A stretch of 64,000 bases of DNA. Source: Candidatus Zixiibacteriota bacterium. GTDB taxonomy: Bacteria; Zixibacteria; MSB-5A5; UBA10806; 4484-95. The position numbers and the translations under genes are program-made. Below, piece by piece: positions 1 to 11,014 of the stretch (the stretch's first letter is position 1; each line of letters opens with the position of its first letter). The DNA lies in contig JBBIRK010000004.1 of NCBI GenBank assembly GCA_037441845.1, forward strand, positions 261,678 to 325,677. Direction: 5' to 3'. Under the pieces are notes generated by a model. It was not told where the DNA came from and made no database searches. It saw nothing but the letters and a program-made list of their open reading frames with translations.

Positions 1-817
1 GGTCGAATCCACCAAGCAGATAACCAAAGCGATGGAATTGGTGGCGGCTGCCAAGCTAAGGCGGGCGCAGGTACGGGTCGAATCGGCCCGGCCCTATGGA
101 TTGAAAATGCAGCAGATGCTCGAATCGCTGGCCGGAGCGGCGGCTAATTTGCACCACCCGTTGTTCGAAGAGCGGCCGGTGAAGACTTCGCTATTAGTGA
201 TCGTAACCGCCGACCGGGGTCTGTGTGGTTCATACAACTCGAATATTCTGAGGGCGGGATTCAAATACGCCAAAGACGCCTCTGCGGAGTCGATACGGCT
301 CGGACTCATAGGGAAAAAAGCGGTCGACTTTTTCAAGAAACAACCGTTCCCGGTGGCGTTCAAGATTCCGCGGACCGACGGCAAGGCCGATCTGGCCATG
401 GTGCGGCGCTTGGCCGCCGAAATAACCGGCATGTACGAACGGGGGGATGTCGATGAAGTCAAACTGCTGTACACGAAATTCGTTTCTATAAGCAGCAATA
501 AGCTGACGCTCGAAAGATTCCTGCCGATAGAAAGTCCGGGCGATAAAGACGGCGCTCCGTCGAGCTATATTTTCGAACCTGACGCCGCCCGCATTTTTTC
601 GAATCTCGTTCCACGTTACTGCCTGACTAAGATACTGATGGCCTTGCTTGAATCTTTCGCCTCCGAATTCGCGGCACGAATGATGGCGATGGGAAACGCT
701 AACAAGAACGCCAAGGAAATGATCGATAATTTGACGCTTCTGCGGAATAAGGCGCGCCAGAGTTCGATTACCAAGGAATTGCTGGATATTGTCGGCGGCG
801 CGGAGGCACTGAAATAG
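1..817 (+). CDS. atpG: ATP synthase F1 gamma subunit (5'-truncated by the window edge)
   Basis: Frame is open from base 2 (VESTKQITKAMELVAAAKL). Motifs TADRGLCGSYN, SEFAARMMAM, RQSSITKELLDIVGGA. Confidence 0.97.
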   Translation, partial: VESTKQITKAMELVAAAKLRRAQVRVESARPYGLKMQQMLESLAGAAANLHHPLFEERPVKTSLLVIVTADRGLCGSYNSNILRAGFKYAKDASAESIRLGLIGKKAVDFFKKQPFPVAFKIPRTDGKADLAMVRRLAAEITGMYERGDVDEVKLLYTKFVSISSNKLTLERFLPIESPGDKDGAPSSYIFEPDAARIFSNLVPRYCLTKILMALLESFASEFAARMMAMGNANKNAKEMIDNLTLLRNKARQSSITKELLDIVGGAEALK

Positions 818-2263
<1,446 letters not shown>

Positions 2264-2264
2264 C

Positions 2265-2669
2265 ATGTTTAAGTGCGCTGCGGTGACGCCGGAAAAAATT
2301 ATTTTCGAAAAAGACGTCAAGTCGGTGATAGCGCCGGGGTTTCTGGGCTATTTGGGAATCCTTACCGATCATGCGCCCTTGATAACTCCACTCGTTCCAG
2401 GCAAACTCGAATTGAAAGATGCGACTGGTGGGGAATACGTTTTTTTCATTTCGGGAGGCTTTCTTGAGGTATCAGGCAATATATGCACGATTCTTGCTGA
2501 TGCAATAGAGAAACCATCGGATATTGATATCGCCAGAGCCCAGGCCGCTGAAAAAAGGGCGAGAGAAAGACTGAAAAATAGAAATTCGCCTGATCTGGAT
2601 GTCGAAAGGGCAGAGGCGGCGCTTCAACGGGCTCTATGGAGGCAGAAACTTTCTTCCGCAAGAACATAG
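2265..2669 (+). CDS. atpC: ATP synthase F1 epsilon subunit
   Basis: VTPEK...GILTDHAPLIT...SGGFLEV, C-terminal helices, directly after atpD. Confidence 0.96.
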   Translation: MFKCAAVTPEKIIFEKDVKSVIAPGFLGYLGILTDHAPLITPLVPGKLELKDATGGEYVFFISGGFLEVSGNICTILADAIEKPSDIDIARAQAAEKRARERLKNRNSPDLDVERAEAALQRALWRQKLSSART

Positions 2670-2775
2670 CCTTCCAACGATTACATTTTTCATTGACTCA
2701 ACATTGATTTCTGTTTACACGAATAGGCAAAAATGGGTCGATTTTATCCAATAATATACCTTTTTGTCCTTTATA

Positions 2776-2829
2776 TTGTGAAAATTTTCTCATAAAAACA
2801 TTGACAATATGAGGCCGTCTTAATAAATT
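2776..2829 (+). promoter_or_regulatory. sigma70-type promoter with upstream TGTGA-N6-TCTCA palindrome
   Basis: TTGACA at 2801-2806, 17-bp spacer, TAAATT at 2824-2829. The same -10 hexamer occurs in the tRNA-Leu, rimP and rRNA promoters. TTGTGAAAATTTTCTCAT at 2776-2793. Confidence 0.65.
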
Positions 2830-2834
2830 CAAAG

Positions 2835-2953
2835 TGTAGGCGGAAACGATACTGCTTAACGGCGGTATTGGCGGGTGAATGGGGCTTGAGGATAGTTTGA
2901 GGTGGTGTGGTGATGTGGTTCCTTAAGGCGGGTCACTATTGGCCCGCCTTTTT
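2835..2953 (+). ncRNA. candidate small RNA (or 15-aa sORF transcript)
   Basis: Lies between a consensus promoter and an intrinsic terminator. Internal hairpin GATACTGC/GCGGTATT at 2848-2869. Confidence 0.45.
2925..2953 (+). terminator. intrinsic terminator
   Basis: AAGGCGGGTCA-ctat-TGGCCCGCCTT followed by a T run. Confidence 0.85.
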
Positions 2954-3029
2954 ATTTGCATCCGATTCCCCTTTTGCCGAATAGCATATCATTATATCAA
3001 GTTTATTATAGATTATAAAAGAAAAAGAA

Positions 3030-3115
3030 TGCCGGAGGTCGGAATCGAACCGACACGGGGTTTAAGCCCCACTGGATTTTGAGTCCAGCGCGTCTGCCAG
3101 TTTCACCACTCCGGC
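3030..3115 (-). tRNA. tRNA-Leu(CAA)
   Basis: Reverse complement GCCGGAGTGGTGAAACTGGCAGACGCGCTGGACT-CAA-AATCCAG..., long variable arm, GTTCGATTC T-loop. CCA not encoded. Confidence 0.97.
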
Positions 3116-3171
3116 GATTTGGTACTACTTTTCGACGGCTTCGAGTATTCCGCCGTTGCAGCCGATTCGAT

Positions 3172-3199
3172 AATTTATTATCCTGAATCCAGTAGTCAA
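3172..3199 (-). promoter_or_regulatory. promoter of tRNA-Leu(CAA)
   Basis: Minus-strand TTGACT-N16-TAAATT. Confidence 0.65.
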
Positions 3200-3248
3200 G
3201 AAATTAGTGCCACACTTTTAGAAAAGATCCACATTTTTGGTAGTTAAT

Positions 3249-4748
3249 CTAAGCCGGCTCTTTCTCCCGCGCAAAGGTTGATTCTTGCGAGATCGATTCT
3301 TGCTGCGAAAATGATTTGAAGCTCAAAGCCGCGCTTATCAACTCCGATGAAACGGCGCCGGATTTAAGCAGAATCAGAGGAATTACCAGCAACATGGCGC
3401 CAGCCAGAAAATAATTCGCGACACCTCCAAATTTAATCAGAATTCCGCCGAACATTAGGGCAAGCGTATTGACCATCAGTAGCGTCAGGATCGCTCTCAT
3501 ATCGAATTCAATATATTTCCAGGATCGCGATATGAAAAACATGGCGCCGGCCATCGTCGCATATGTAATCACGGTCGCCCAAGCCGTGCCCACAAAACCA
3601 TATTCCGGAGTAAGAAGCGAATTGGCCAAGACATTCGAAAACAACGCTCCAATGACCGCTGGCAGTAGTTTGAAAGTTTTTTTCTCGATTAAGGCGCCGG
3701 TGGCGAAAATATAAAATAGACCGTAAGCGACCATCCCCAAGGCAAGGGGAAAGATGACTTCGGCCGCATCGAAAAATGCGGGTGTGGCCACCAGCTTAAT
3801 AAGCAATTCTCCGAATACCCCAAGAAATACAGCCAGCCACAAAACGACGGCGAAGAATATCGAGAATATCTTGCCGGTTATTTCGCGAAAATTCGGTAAT
3901 CTCATATTATTAAAAGCGTATTGGGGCCATGCGAGCTGGAAGGCTATATTCGTTAAGATCAGCACTACCACAAATTTGCTCCCCATCGCGAACAAGCCGA
4001 CCTGTTGCATGCCGGCCGATTTCAAAAGAAACAGGCGGTTCAAGCTGTTTATTCCCCAGATCGCCATTCCAGCGGGAATCATGGGGATAGAAAAGGCCAT
4101 CACCGATCTTAGCAGCGGCCAGTCGAAATTCAACCGCCAGTCCAATCGGCTGAACCTGAATGAATAAATCAAAGCCACAAATTCTGAGACGAGTTTCGCC
4201 AGCAAGATGCCTTCTACAGCAAGGCCGAAACCGATCATGAAAGTCAATACACTCAGAATATATACGATGATCTGGATTGCCGAAATAACTGCATATTTCA
4301 TTGGTTTGTCTTGAATCCGCAGCAAATTTAATGGGATCGTTTTGATCGAATCCAGAACGACGAACATCGCCGCCAATTTCAATAAATAGCCGAGATTCGA
4401 ATCATTGAACAGCCAGAACGAAATCCTTTCGGAAAATATCGATACGATCGCCAGGATCATCAGACTTGAACCCATGCACCAAAAGACGGCCGATTCGACC
4501 AATCTATTTTTTCGTTCCGGTGTATCTTGTTCGAAATAGTATCTGAACAAGCCGTTCGGCAATTCCAGTACGGCGGCTGTCGAAGCGATAGTAACGAATA
4601 CGAGCAGCAAATCGAGCACACCGAATTGTTCGGGGGATAGGACTCGGCAATAGACCGGCAACAACAGAAACTCCAGTGATGAACGGATTCCGCCTATTAA
4701 GCCGTATATAATGGTTCCTTTTGCCAATGAGCGAAATTGTCTGTGCAT
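3249..4748 (-). CDS. oligosaccharide flippase (Wzx/MOP family)
   Basis: 499 aa, many TM segments, LLLPVYCRVLSPEQFG motif, divergent from the glycan operon. Confidence 0.88.
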   Translation of the reverse strand: MHRQFRSLAKGTIIYGLIGGIRSSLEFLLLPVYCRVLSPEQFGVLDLLLVFVTIASTAAVLELPNGLFRYYFEQDTPERKNRLVESAVFWCMGSSLMILAIVSIFSERISFWLFNDSNLGYLLKLAAMFVVLDSIKTIPLNLLRIQDKPMKYAVISAIQIIVYILSVLTFMIGFGLAVEGILLAKLVSEFVALIYSFRFSRLDWRLNFDWPLLRSVMAFSIPMIPAGMAIWGINSLNRLFLLKSAGMQQVGLFAMGSKFVVVLILTNIAFQLAWPQYAFNNMRLPNFREITGKIFSIFFAVVLWLAVFLGVFGELLIKLVATPAFFDAAEVIFPLALGMVAYGLFYIFATGALIEKKTFKLLPAVIGALFSNVLANSLLTPEYGFVGTAWATVITYATMAGAMFFISRSWKYIEFDMRAILTLLMVNTLALMFGGILIKFGGVANYFLAGAMLLVIPLILLKSGAVSSELISAALSFKSFSQQESISQESTFAREKEPA

Positions 4749-5047
4749 GGTCGCTTAACGAAATCGGCGTTTCAGGCCGTCGCCGATTATGCGCCTCCAA
4801 ATTGCGGGTCAGTATTCATATTTCGCAGCACCCATCCGGCGAAAATGGCATTATCGTCGGCGGCTGGCTTTTCTTAAGACTATCGGATGGAATTTCCATT
4901 TGATGATGTCGCTTGTCAGCCTGGCTGTGATGCACGGAGTCGGGAATCGGCAATCGAATTTATAGTTTTCCCATTTATTTTCGGAAAACCTTTTCTTGTT
5001 ATCAAAATTATCGTTTTGCCGATTATAGAACACGATGTTGCTATTGA

Positions 5048-6148
5048 ATGGAGGTCGGTAGTTTGAACCGAGGAATTTTCGATCCCGAACAAATATCTGA
5101 CGCTAAACCTACTCATACTCTCAAGACGGCCGTTGCAATCTTGGTTTTAAGATGGCGGTTGGTACTGATATGGGGGTTGTGTGGTTTTGCCGCCGCTGCT
5201 TTACTGTCTTTTTTGGTGCCCAACAAATACACCGCAACGACATCGATTCTTCCGCTTACCGACAGTCAACAAAACGGTGGGCTTATGAAACTTGCCGAGG
5301 GAATTTCCGGATTGGATTTTATCACTTTGCCGGAGAAATCGCCAACCGCTTTGTTTCCGGAAATCATGACAAGCGATTCAGTGATGTCAGAGGTGCTATC
5401 GACCCGATATCCAATAAGGCGCGGTAATAAAGTTATAAACCAGACATTATTCGAGTATTTTAGGCAAAATAATCGGGACGCAGCCCTTCGTGCGTTATCC
5501 AAAATTTTAAGTTTCGATTCCAACAAAAAAACCGGAGTTATAAAGGTCAGGGCTACAACAACCGATCCGGAACTTTCGGCCGCGATTTGCAATAGATTAG
5601 TCGATCGGCTCGATAATTTCAATAAAACCCGCCGCAAGACGAGCGCCACCCAAAATCGCGAATTCATCGAAAAGAGAATTGATCAGCTTAAGACGGAACT
5701 GACCGCGGCGGAGGATAATCTCAAAGAATTCAGACAGCATAACCTGAATTACTATCGAGCCGTAGATCCCGAACTCATCCTTCTTGAAAGCAGGTTGGCC
5801 AGGGAAGTCGAATTGAAGTCACAGCTTTATCTCACCCTTGCTCAACAATATGAGCTGGCCGCGATTCAAGAGAAAAAGGAATCTCCGATCGTCCAAGTGC
5901 TCGACATCGCCAGGCCGCCGACAATAAAGAGTTCGCCGGCGAGATTAAAAATCGCATTTACGGGATTCGTGTTGGGGGCTTTGATGCCGATTATTCTTCT
6001 GACTTTCGGCAAAAACATCCCCAAAAACCTGAGAATCCTGCGACTTAAGAAAACCACACCCTCTGCCAACGAAACGAGGGTGGATGATCGGTTTGAGATA
6101 ATTACGGATTCGGTGAATCGGGTGATTCACACCGAACATGGAGGTTAG
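5048..6148 (+). CDS. Wzz/Wzc-N-like polysaccharide co-polymerase (GNVR-type)
   Basis: N-terminal TM, PNKYTATTSILP, coiled coil, VQVLDIARPP..SSP, C-terminal TM. No kinase domain. Confidence 0.85.
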   Translation: MEVGSLNRGIFDPEQISDAKPTHTLKTAVAILVLRWRLVLIWGLCGFAAAALLSFLVPNKYTATTSILPLTDSQQNGGLMKLAEGISGLDFITLPEKSPTALFPEIMTSDSVMSEVLSTRYPIRRGNKVINQTLFEYFRQNNRDAALRALSKILSFDSNKKTGVIKVRATTTDPELSAAICNRLVDRLDNFNKTRRKTSATQNREFIEKRIDQLKTELTAAEDNLKEFRQHNLNYYRAVDPELILLESRLAREVELKSQLYLTLAQQYELAAIQEKKESPIVQVLDIARPPTIKSSPARLKIAFTGFVLGALMPIILLTFGKNIPKNLRILRLKKTTPSANETRVDDRFEIITDSVNRVIHTEHGG

Positions 6149-6172
6149 AGCTGCAATCGGGAATTCGACTCT

Positions 6173-8230
6173 ATGTGCGGAATCATCGGTCGTTATAATC
6201 TTGATGGCGAAAACATCGTATATGGCAACGCCCTTCGTTCCCTCGAAATAATCAGGCATCGCGGGCCCGACGATTGGGGCATGCTATTCGCCAAGTCCGA
6301 TACCGGCGCCGTGCGTCATCGGCTTCCGCAAAGAGAAGAAATTATTGTCGATGAAGATATTATTCTCGGACATACGAGACTTTCCATTATCGATCTTGCG
6401 GGCGGACATCAGCCGATGGCGGATAAATCGAATCGATGCCATATCGTATTCAATGGTGAAATTTACAACTACATCGAATTGCGCAATGATCTTGAAAACA
6501 AAGGATATCATTTCCGCACGGCTGGAGATACCGAGGTAATCCTCAACGCCTACCTCGAGTTCGGTACCGACTGCGTTAAACATTTCAATGGTATTTTCGC
6601 ATTTTCGATATATGATAGTCGAAGCGGTGCTCTTTTTTGCGCCCGCGATCATCTTGGAGTCAAACCCTTCTATTATTATCATGACCCGAATAAATTTGTT
6701 TTCGCCTCCGAAATAAAATCGATTTTATGTTGGGATGATATCACTGCGGAGCCCGATTATGGAGCGATGTTGGATTATCTCACGTTTTTGTTTTACCTTG
6801 ATGATCGGACTCTGTTCAAGAATATAAAATCATTGCCGCCCGCCTTTTCGATGACCATCGATAAATCCGGAGTAAAATTGCAGCGATATTGGACGCCTGA
6901 TTTATGCCCGGATTATTCGTTGAATCGGCAAAAGGCGGCGGAAAAAGTCAGGGAACTGGTAACGGATGCTGTTCGTCTGCAAATGCGCAGCGACGTGGAT
7001 ATCGGCACTCATCTATCCAGCGGCGTGGATTCTTCAACCATCGCTTCTCTTGTTTCGCGCATGAGCGGAAGCCGCATATATAGTTTCACTGGAAGATTCA
7101 AAAACGGCGGTGTCTATGACGAGCTGCCGTTAGCGAGAGCATCATCGAAAATTCTGAATACACGGCTTCATGTGGTTACTCCATCGCCGGACGATTTTAA
7201 AAAATATATCCGTAATCTCATTTGGAGCTGCGATTATCCCTCGGTTGGACCAGGAGTGTTCCCTCAATTCATGGTTTCAAAAACGGCCGCATCGAAATTG
7301 AAAGTCGTGCTCGGCGGGCAGGGGGGAGATGAAGTGTTCCTGGGTTATCCCCGGTATCTGAGAACAATTATCGAGGATCGAATCGTTACCGGGCGAAAAG
7401 ACAGGGCGATTGCCGGGACATCGGACATTTCGCTGTTGCGCCACTATTACTTAAACTACGGAGTGGGCGGGTTTGCCGGATGGTTACTGAAACGGAAAAC
7501 CTCGCGATTTTCCGAGCGCTATGCTTTGTCCTCGGCGAGGCTATACGGACTTGAAAGCTATTATGCCGGCCATCTGCTGAATGAATATAAAAACTATAAT
7601 CCCATTACCGCCGCCATCGAGTCGATCGATTCGATCGAATCCGATAGCTTGTCTAATATTATGACTTGGTTTGACCTAAAGTATTATCTACCAGCTCTTC
7701 TTCAGATAGAAGATCGCACGAGCATGGCCTGGTCTTTGGAATCGAGAGTGCCGTTGCTCGATTTCAGGATCGTGGAATTTGCGCTGAAAATACCTCCTGA
7801 AATAAAATTTCACGAATTAAAGCTGAAATCGATATTCTTGGCCGCAATGGGCGATATTCTGCCTGAACCTATCAGAAAAAATATAAGAAAAATCGGTTTC
7901 GCAACACCGATCGGGATTTGGTTCGAAAATGAGTTGCGGGATTTCGTTAGTAAAATCCTTTGCCCGGAAAATCTCCGTAAGAGAAACCTCTTGGATGAAT
8001 CAGCGATAAGCGACTTTTTCAAATCGCGGAAAAAATGGCTGACTCTGGGTGTTCCCCGGGATACTCTGCTTTGGTCGCTTCTCAATCTTGAACTTTGGTA
8101 TCAGGTTTTCATCGATGGCAGAATCGAAGACAGCAGATTGGAACGCGCCGATTTCGGTATCGGCGACTATTGGGCGACTGATCTCGGACGCCTCGACAAT
8201 ATCGCGCATTCAGGTGAACCATGCCGTTGA
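6173..8230 (+). CDS. asnB: asparagine synthase-like glutamine amidotransferase (likely glycan amidation)
   Basis: MCGI Ntn nucleophile, HRGPD, FNGEIYN, LSSGVDSS, GQGGDE, ESRVPLLD. Confidence 0.92.
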   Translation: MCGIIGRYNLDGENIVYGNALRSLEIIRHRGPDDWGMLFAKSDTGAVRHRLPQREEIIVDEDIILGHTRLSIIDLAGGHQPMADKSNRCHIVFNGEIYNYIELRNDLENKGYHFRTAGDTEVILNAYLEFGTDCVKHFNGIFAFSIYDSRSGALFCARDHLGVKPFYYYHDPNKFVFASEIKSILCWDDITAEPDYGAMLDYLTFLFYLDDRTLFKNIKSLPPAFSMTIDKSGVKLQRYWTPDLCPDYSLNRQKAAEKVRELVTDAVRLQMRSDVDIGTHLSSGVDSSTIASLVSRMSGSRIYSFTGRFKNGGVYDELPLARASSKILNTRLHVVTPSPDDFKKYIRNLIWSCDYPSVGPGVFPQFMVSKTAASKLKVVLGGQGGDEVFLGYPRYLRTIIEDRIVTGRKDRAIAGTSDISLLRHYYLNYGVGGFAGWLLKRKTSRFSERYALSSARLYGLESYYAGHLLNEYKNYNPITAAIESIDSIESDSLSNIMTWFDLKYYLPALLQIEDRTSMAWSLESRVPLLDFRIVEFALKIPPEIKFHELKLKSIFLAAMGDILPEPIRKNIRKIGFATPIGIWFENELRDFVSKILCPENLRKRNLLDESAISDFFKSRKKWLTLGVPRDTLLWSLLNLELWYQVFIDGRIEDSRLERADFGIGDYWATDLGRLDNIAHSGEPCR

Positions 8231-9570
8231 TTAATTCGACCGATATTTCAACTTTTAAGGTTCCCGAAAAGAATCCCGAACGACTTCGGTTGGCGCTTTC
8301 CCATGAATTCGTGGAGCTTTATCGCGGAGACAAGGATCTCCGGGTTGGAAAATTATTTTGTCGAAAATATGACGCCGAAATCGTTCATTTCGGAACCGAT
8401 ATAGCCAGTCCCGCGGATTCCCGTGTATTCAACGATGTTTCATTTTCATCCGCACATGTGGGACAATTGCCGGATTCGTATTATCTGCTCTTAATGAAAA
8501 GCAAACTTATCTATCATCGTCGGGGGAATATCAGTTTAGGCGGTTTTTTTCGTTATACTCCCGGACTTGCTCGCGAAATAATCCGCTGGAAGCCGGATCT
8601 GATATTGGAAAATCCTTACTTGACTCTGACCCCTCGGTCATACATGTCGGCTCTGGCCGCGTACAGATTGTCTATTCCGCTTGTCTATCTGGATTGCGGC
8701 GATATCATGCCCGCATTGACTTTGAAGCATAAGCTGGTCATGCCGATCGAAAAAACGGTCGCGCGACGGGCGGCGGCGGTAATCACCTATAATGAGGCCG
8801 GCAAGAATCGCTTTATTCAGAAATATGGCATGCCCCCCGAATCGATCCACGTGATCCCGAAACCGGTGGACATCGATCGTTTTAAGTCGAATATCGACGG
8901 AAGACGAATTAGAGATCGCTACCGCCTTCAGGATAAACTGGTAGTATCGTATTTCGGCAGGCTCGAAACCAATAAAGGAGCGAGATATCTTCTTGACGCG
9001 GCCGCTATATTGCGCTCCGATCCCTCGGTCCGCAATCTGTCGTTCATGTTCGTTGGCGGCAATCTGGAATCGGACCAAGCACTGGCGTTCAGTAATCACC
9101 TTCGCGAATTGAATTTGGATAACGTGATCGTCACCGGGATGATCCCCAACCAGGATATGCCTGAATACTATGCCGCCTCAGACATAGCAGTGTATCCGGA
9201 TGTAACCAATTTACCTGGATTCTCGACGGTATTAGCGGAAAGCATGGCCTGCGGACTGCCGATTATTATCGGGATAGCAGGTTGGGAATCGGCCGTACCG
9301 CTTAAAGACATTGAAACGGCGCTGATTATTCCTCCTCGACGGCCAGATTTAATCGCTGATAAGTTGCGTTTGCTGGTACACCGACCAGAATTGCGGCGAT
9401 CATTATCTCAAAATGTTTCGGCCTATGCGCAGAACAATATGAGCTACGATCGAGTGGTCGATAAATATTACGAACTGTTTTGCCGGTTACTCAAACGGCC
9501 TATCGGAAAAGGCACTAAACTGAACGAATATGATAAACATCCTGGACACGAAATACCGATTTGTCGATAA
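8221..9570 (+). CDS. GT4 glycosyltransferase
   Basis: FGRLETNKG and ESMACGLP C-terminal GT-B motifs. Confidence 0.88.
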   Translation: MPLINSTDISTFKVPEKNPERLRLALSHEFVELYRGDKDLRVGKLFCRKYDAEIVHFGTDIASPADSRVFNDVSFSSAHVGQLPDSYYLLLMKSKLIYHRRGNISLGGFFRYTPGLAREIIRWKPDLILENPYLTLTPRSYMSALAAYRLSIPLVYLDCGDIMPALTLKHKLVMPIEKTVARRAAAVITYNEAGKNRFIQKYGMPPESIHVIPKPVDIDRFKSNIDGRRIRDRYRLQDKLVVSYFGRLETNKGARYLLDAAAILRSDPSVRNLSFMFVGGNLESDQALAFSNHLRELNLDNVIVTGMIPNQDMPEYYAASDIAVYPDVTNLPGFSTVLAESMACGLPIIIGIAGWESAVPLKDIETALIIPPRRPDLIADKLRLLVHRPELRRSLSQNVSAYAQNNMSYDRVVDKYYELFCRLLKRPIGKGTKLNEYDKHPGHEIPICR

Positions 9571-11014
9571 TCCGGCGATTATAGTCGTCATCGCGGTAAT
9601 TTTGGGGCTGGGGTTGAATTTTGCTCCTGCAGCACCGGCTGCTATCATCGCGGTTTTGGTGGCAGTGTATTTCTGGAAAAATCAGGAAACGTTCGTCTTA
9701 TTTCTTCTTTTATATTTGCCATTCGAGGAACTGGTGCTCAAGGTTGTTCCGGATTCGCTATATGCCCCTGCACGTTATTATTGGGAAGCTTGTCTTTTCT
9801 TTTATATGGTGGGGATTTTTTTCCGCAATACCCGCAAATCCGATTTTTCAAAGCTAAAATTCATCGACTATTCAATTGGAGGATTCATCCTCGTCTGGAT
9901 CGTTTCCACGATCATCAATGCCGTATCGCCTTTCGACAGTCTACAAGTGCTGCGGAATTATGTCAGATACGTGCCGATTCTATATCTCGTTTACACCTCC
10001 AGGAAACGGGATTGGCTTGTTGCGAAGGTGGTGAAACTATTTTTAATCATGTGCACGCTGCAGGCGATCATTTGTATCGGGCAGGCTATCGACGATAAAC
10101 ACCTAACTGAGGTGTTTCGGCCGCGCGAAGTTGTCGTAAACGGAAAATTAATCAGGGGAGAGGATGTCCAGACGGGAACGTATTATACGAGATTCACCGG
10201 CTCGTTCTCGCGCAGCAACGATCTCGGCAATTATTTGTCTTTTGGATTATGTTTAGTCGTCGCTCTCTATACGCAGGGGCGCCGATTCAAGGGCCATTTG
10301 CTTTCATTCGTATTGATTCTTGCGGCATTGATATTGACGTCATCACGAATATCCTGGCTTGCGGCATACGCCGGTGTCGGCGCAATTCTTATCGGCATTC
10401 GTCATAGATATCGTTTTGCCTATTTCGCCGTACCCTTGGCATCCATGATCATTCTATTGACAGCCGGACCGATGATCACCTCTGATGATGTGGGTGAAGA
10501 TTTCGGTATCTCGAATCGGCTGCTATTCATGTTCACCTCGGATTATTACGAGACTATGCGCGATGCCGGCCGTCTTTATGCTCTGTTTTATGTCGCACCT
10601 GCTGTTTTTAAATCCAATCCGTTGCTGGGACTGGGACCAAGCACATTCTTGCCCATTTCCACCGAAATGCAAGACAAACGAGTATTCGCCAAAGCCGGTT
10701 CGTTGGGGCTTGACCAAACAGCGGCGGCGTTCGTTCACGACATAGGATATGTGGCCGTTCTTGTGCAAATCGGCTTGCTTGGACTAATCATACTGATCTC
10801 CTTATTTCTGAGAATAGGTAAGACAGCGAAAGCCTCGATCGCATCCGCAAAATCGCCGTTTCATCGGGCAACCCTCTTGGCGGTAGTCGGGATATTGACC
10901 GCTTTGGCGGTGCAGAATCTGGCGTGCTCCAATCTTATGTATCGCAATCAGGCTCTGGTCTTATGGCTGTTCTGCGGAATCGCATTGAGCTTATCGGGGA
11001 AACAAGATCAATGA
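9530..11014 (+). CDS. O-antigen ligase/Wzy-like polytopic membrane protein
   Basis: About 12 hydrophobic segments. TSSRISW, NPLLGLG and a periplasmic His (FVHD) resemble the Wzy_C family. Confidence 0.78.
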   Translation: MINILDTKYRFVDNPAIIVVIAVILGLGLNFAPAAPAAIIAVLVAVYFWKNQETFVLFLLLYLPFEELVLKVVPDSLYAPARYYWEACLFFYMVGIFFRNTRKSDFSKLKFIDYSIGGFILVWIVSTIINAVSPFDSLQVLRNYVRYVPILYLVYTSRKRDWLVAKVVKLFLIMCTLQAIICIGQAIDDKHLTEVFRPREVVVNGKLIRGEDVQTGTYYTRFTGSFSRSNDLGNYLSFGLCLVVALYTQGRRFKGHLLSFVLILAALILTSSRISWLAAYAGVGAILIGIRHRYRFAYFAVPLASMIILLTAGPMITSDDVGEDFGISNRLLFMFTSDYYETMRDAGRLYALFYVAPAVFKSNPLLGLGPSTFLPISTEMQDKRVFAKAGSLGLDQTAAAFVHDIGYVAVLVQIGLLGLIILISLFLRIGKTAKASIASAKSPFHRATLLAVVGILTALAVQNLACSNLMYRNQALVLWLFCGIALSLSGKQDQ

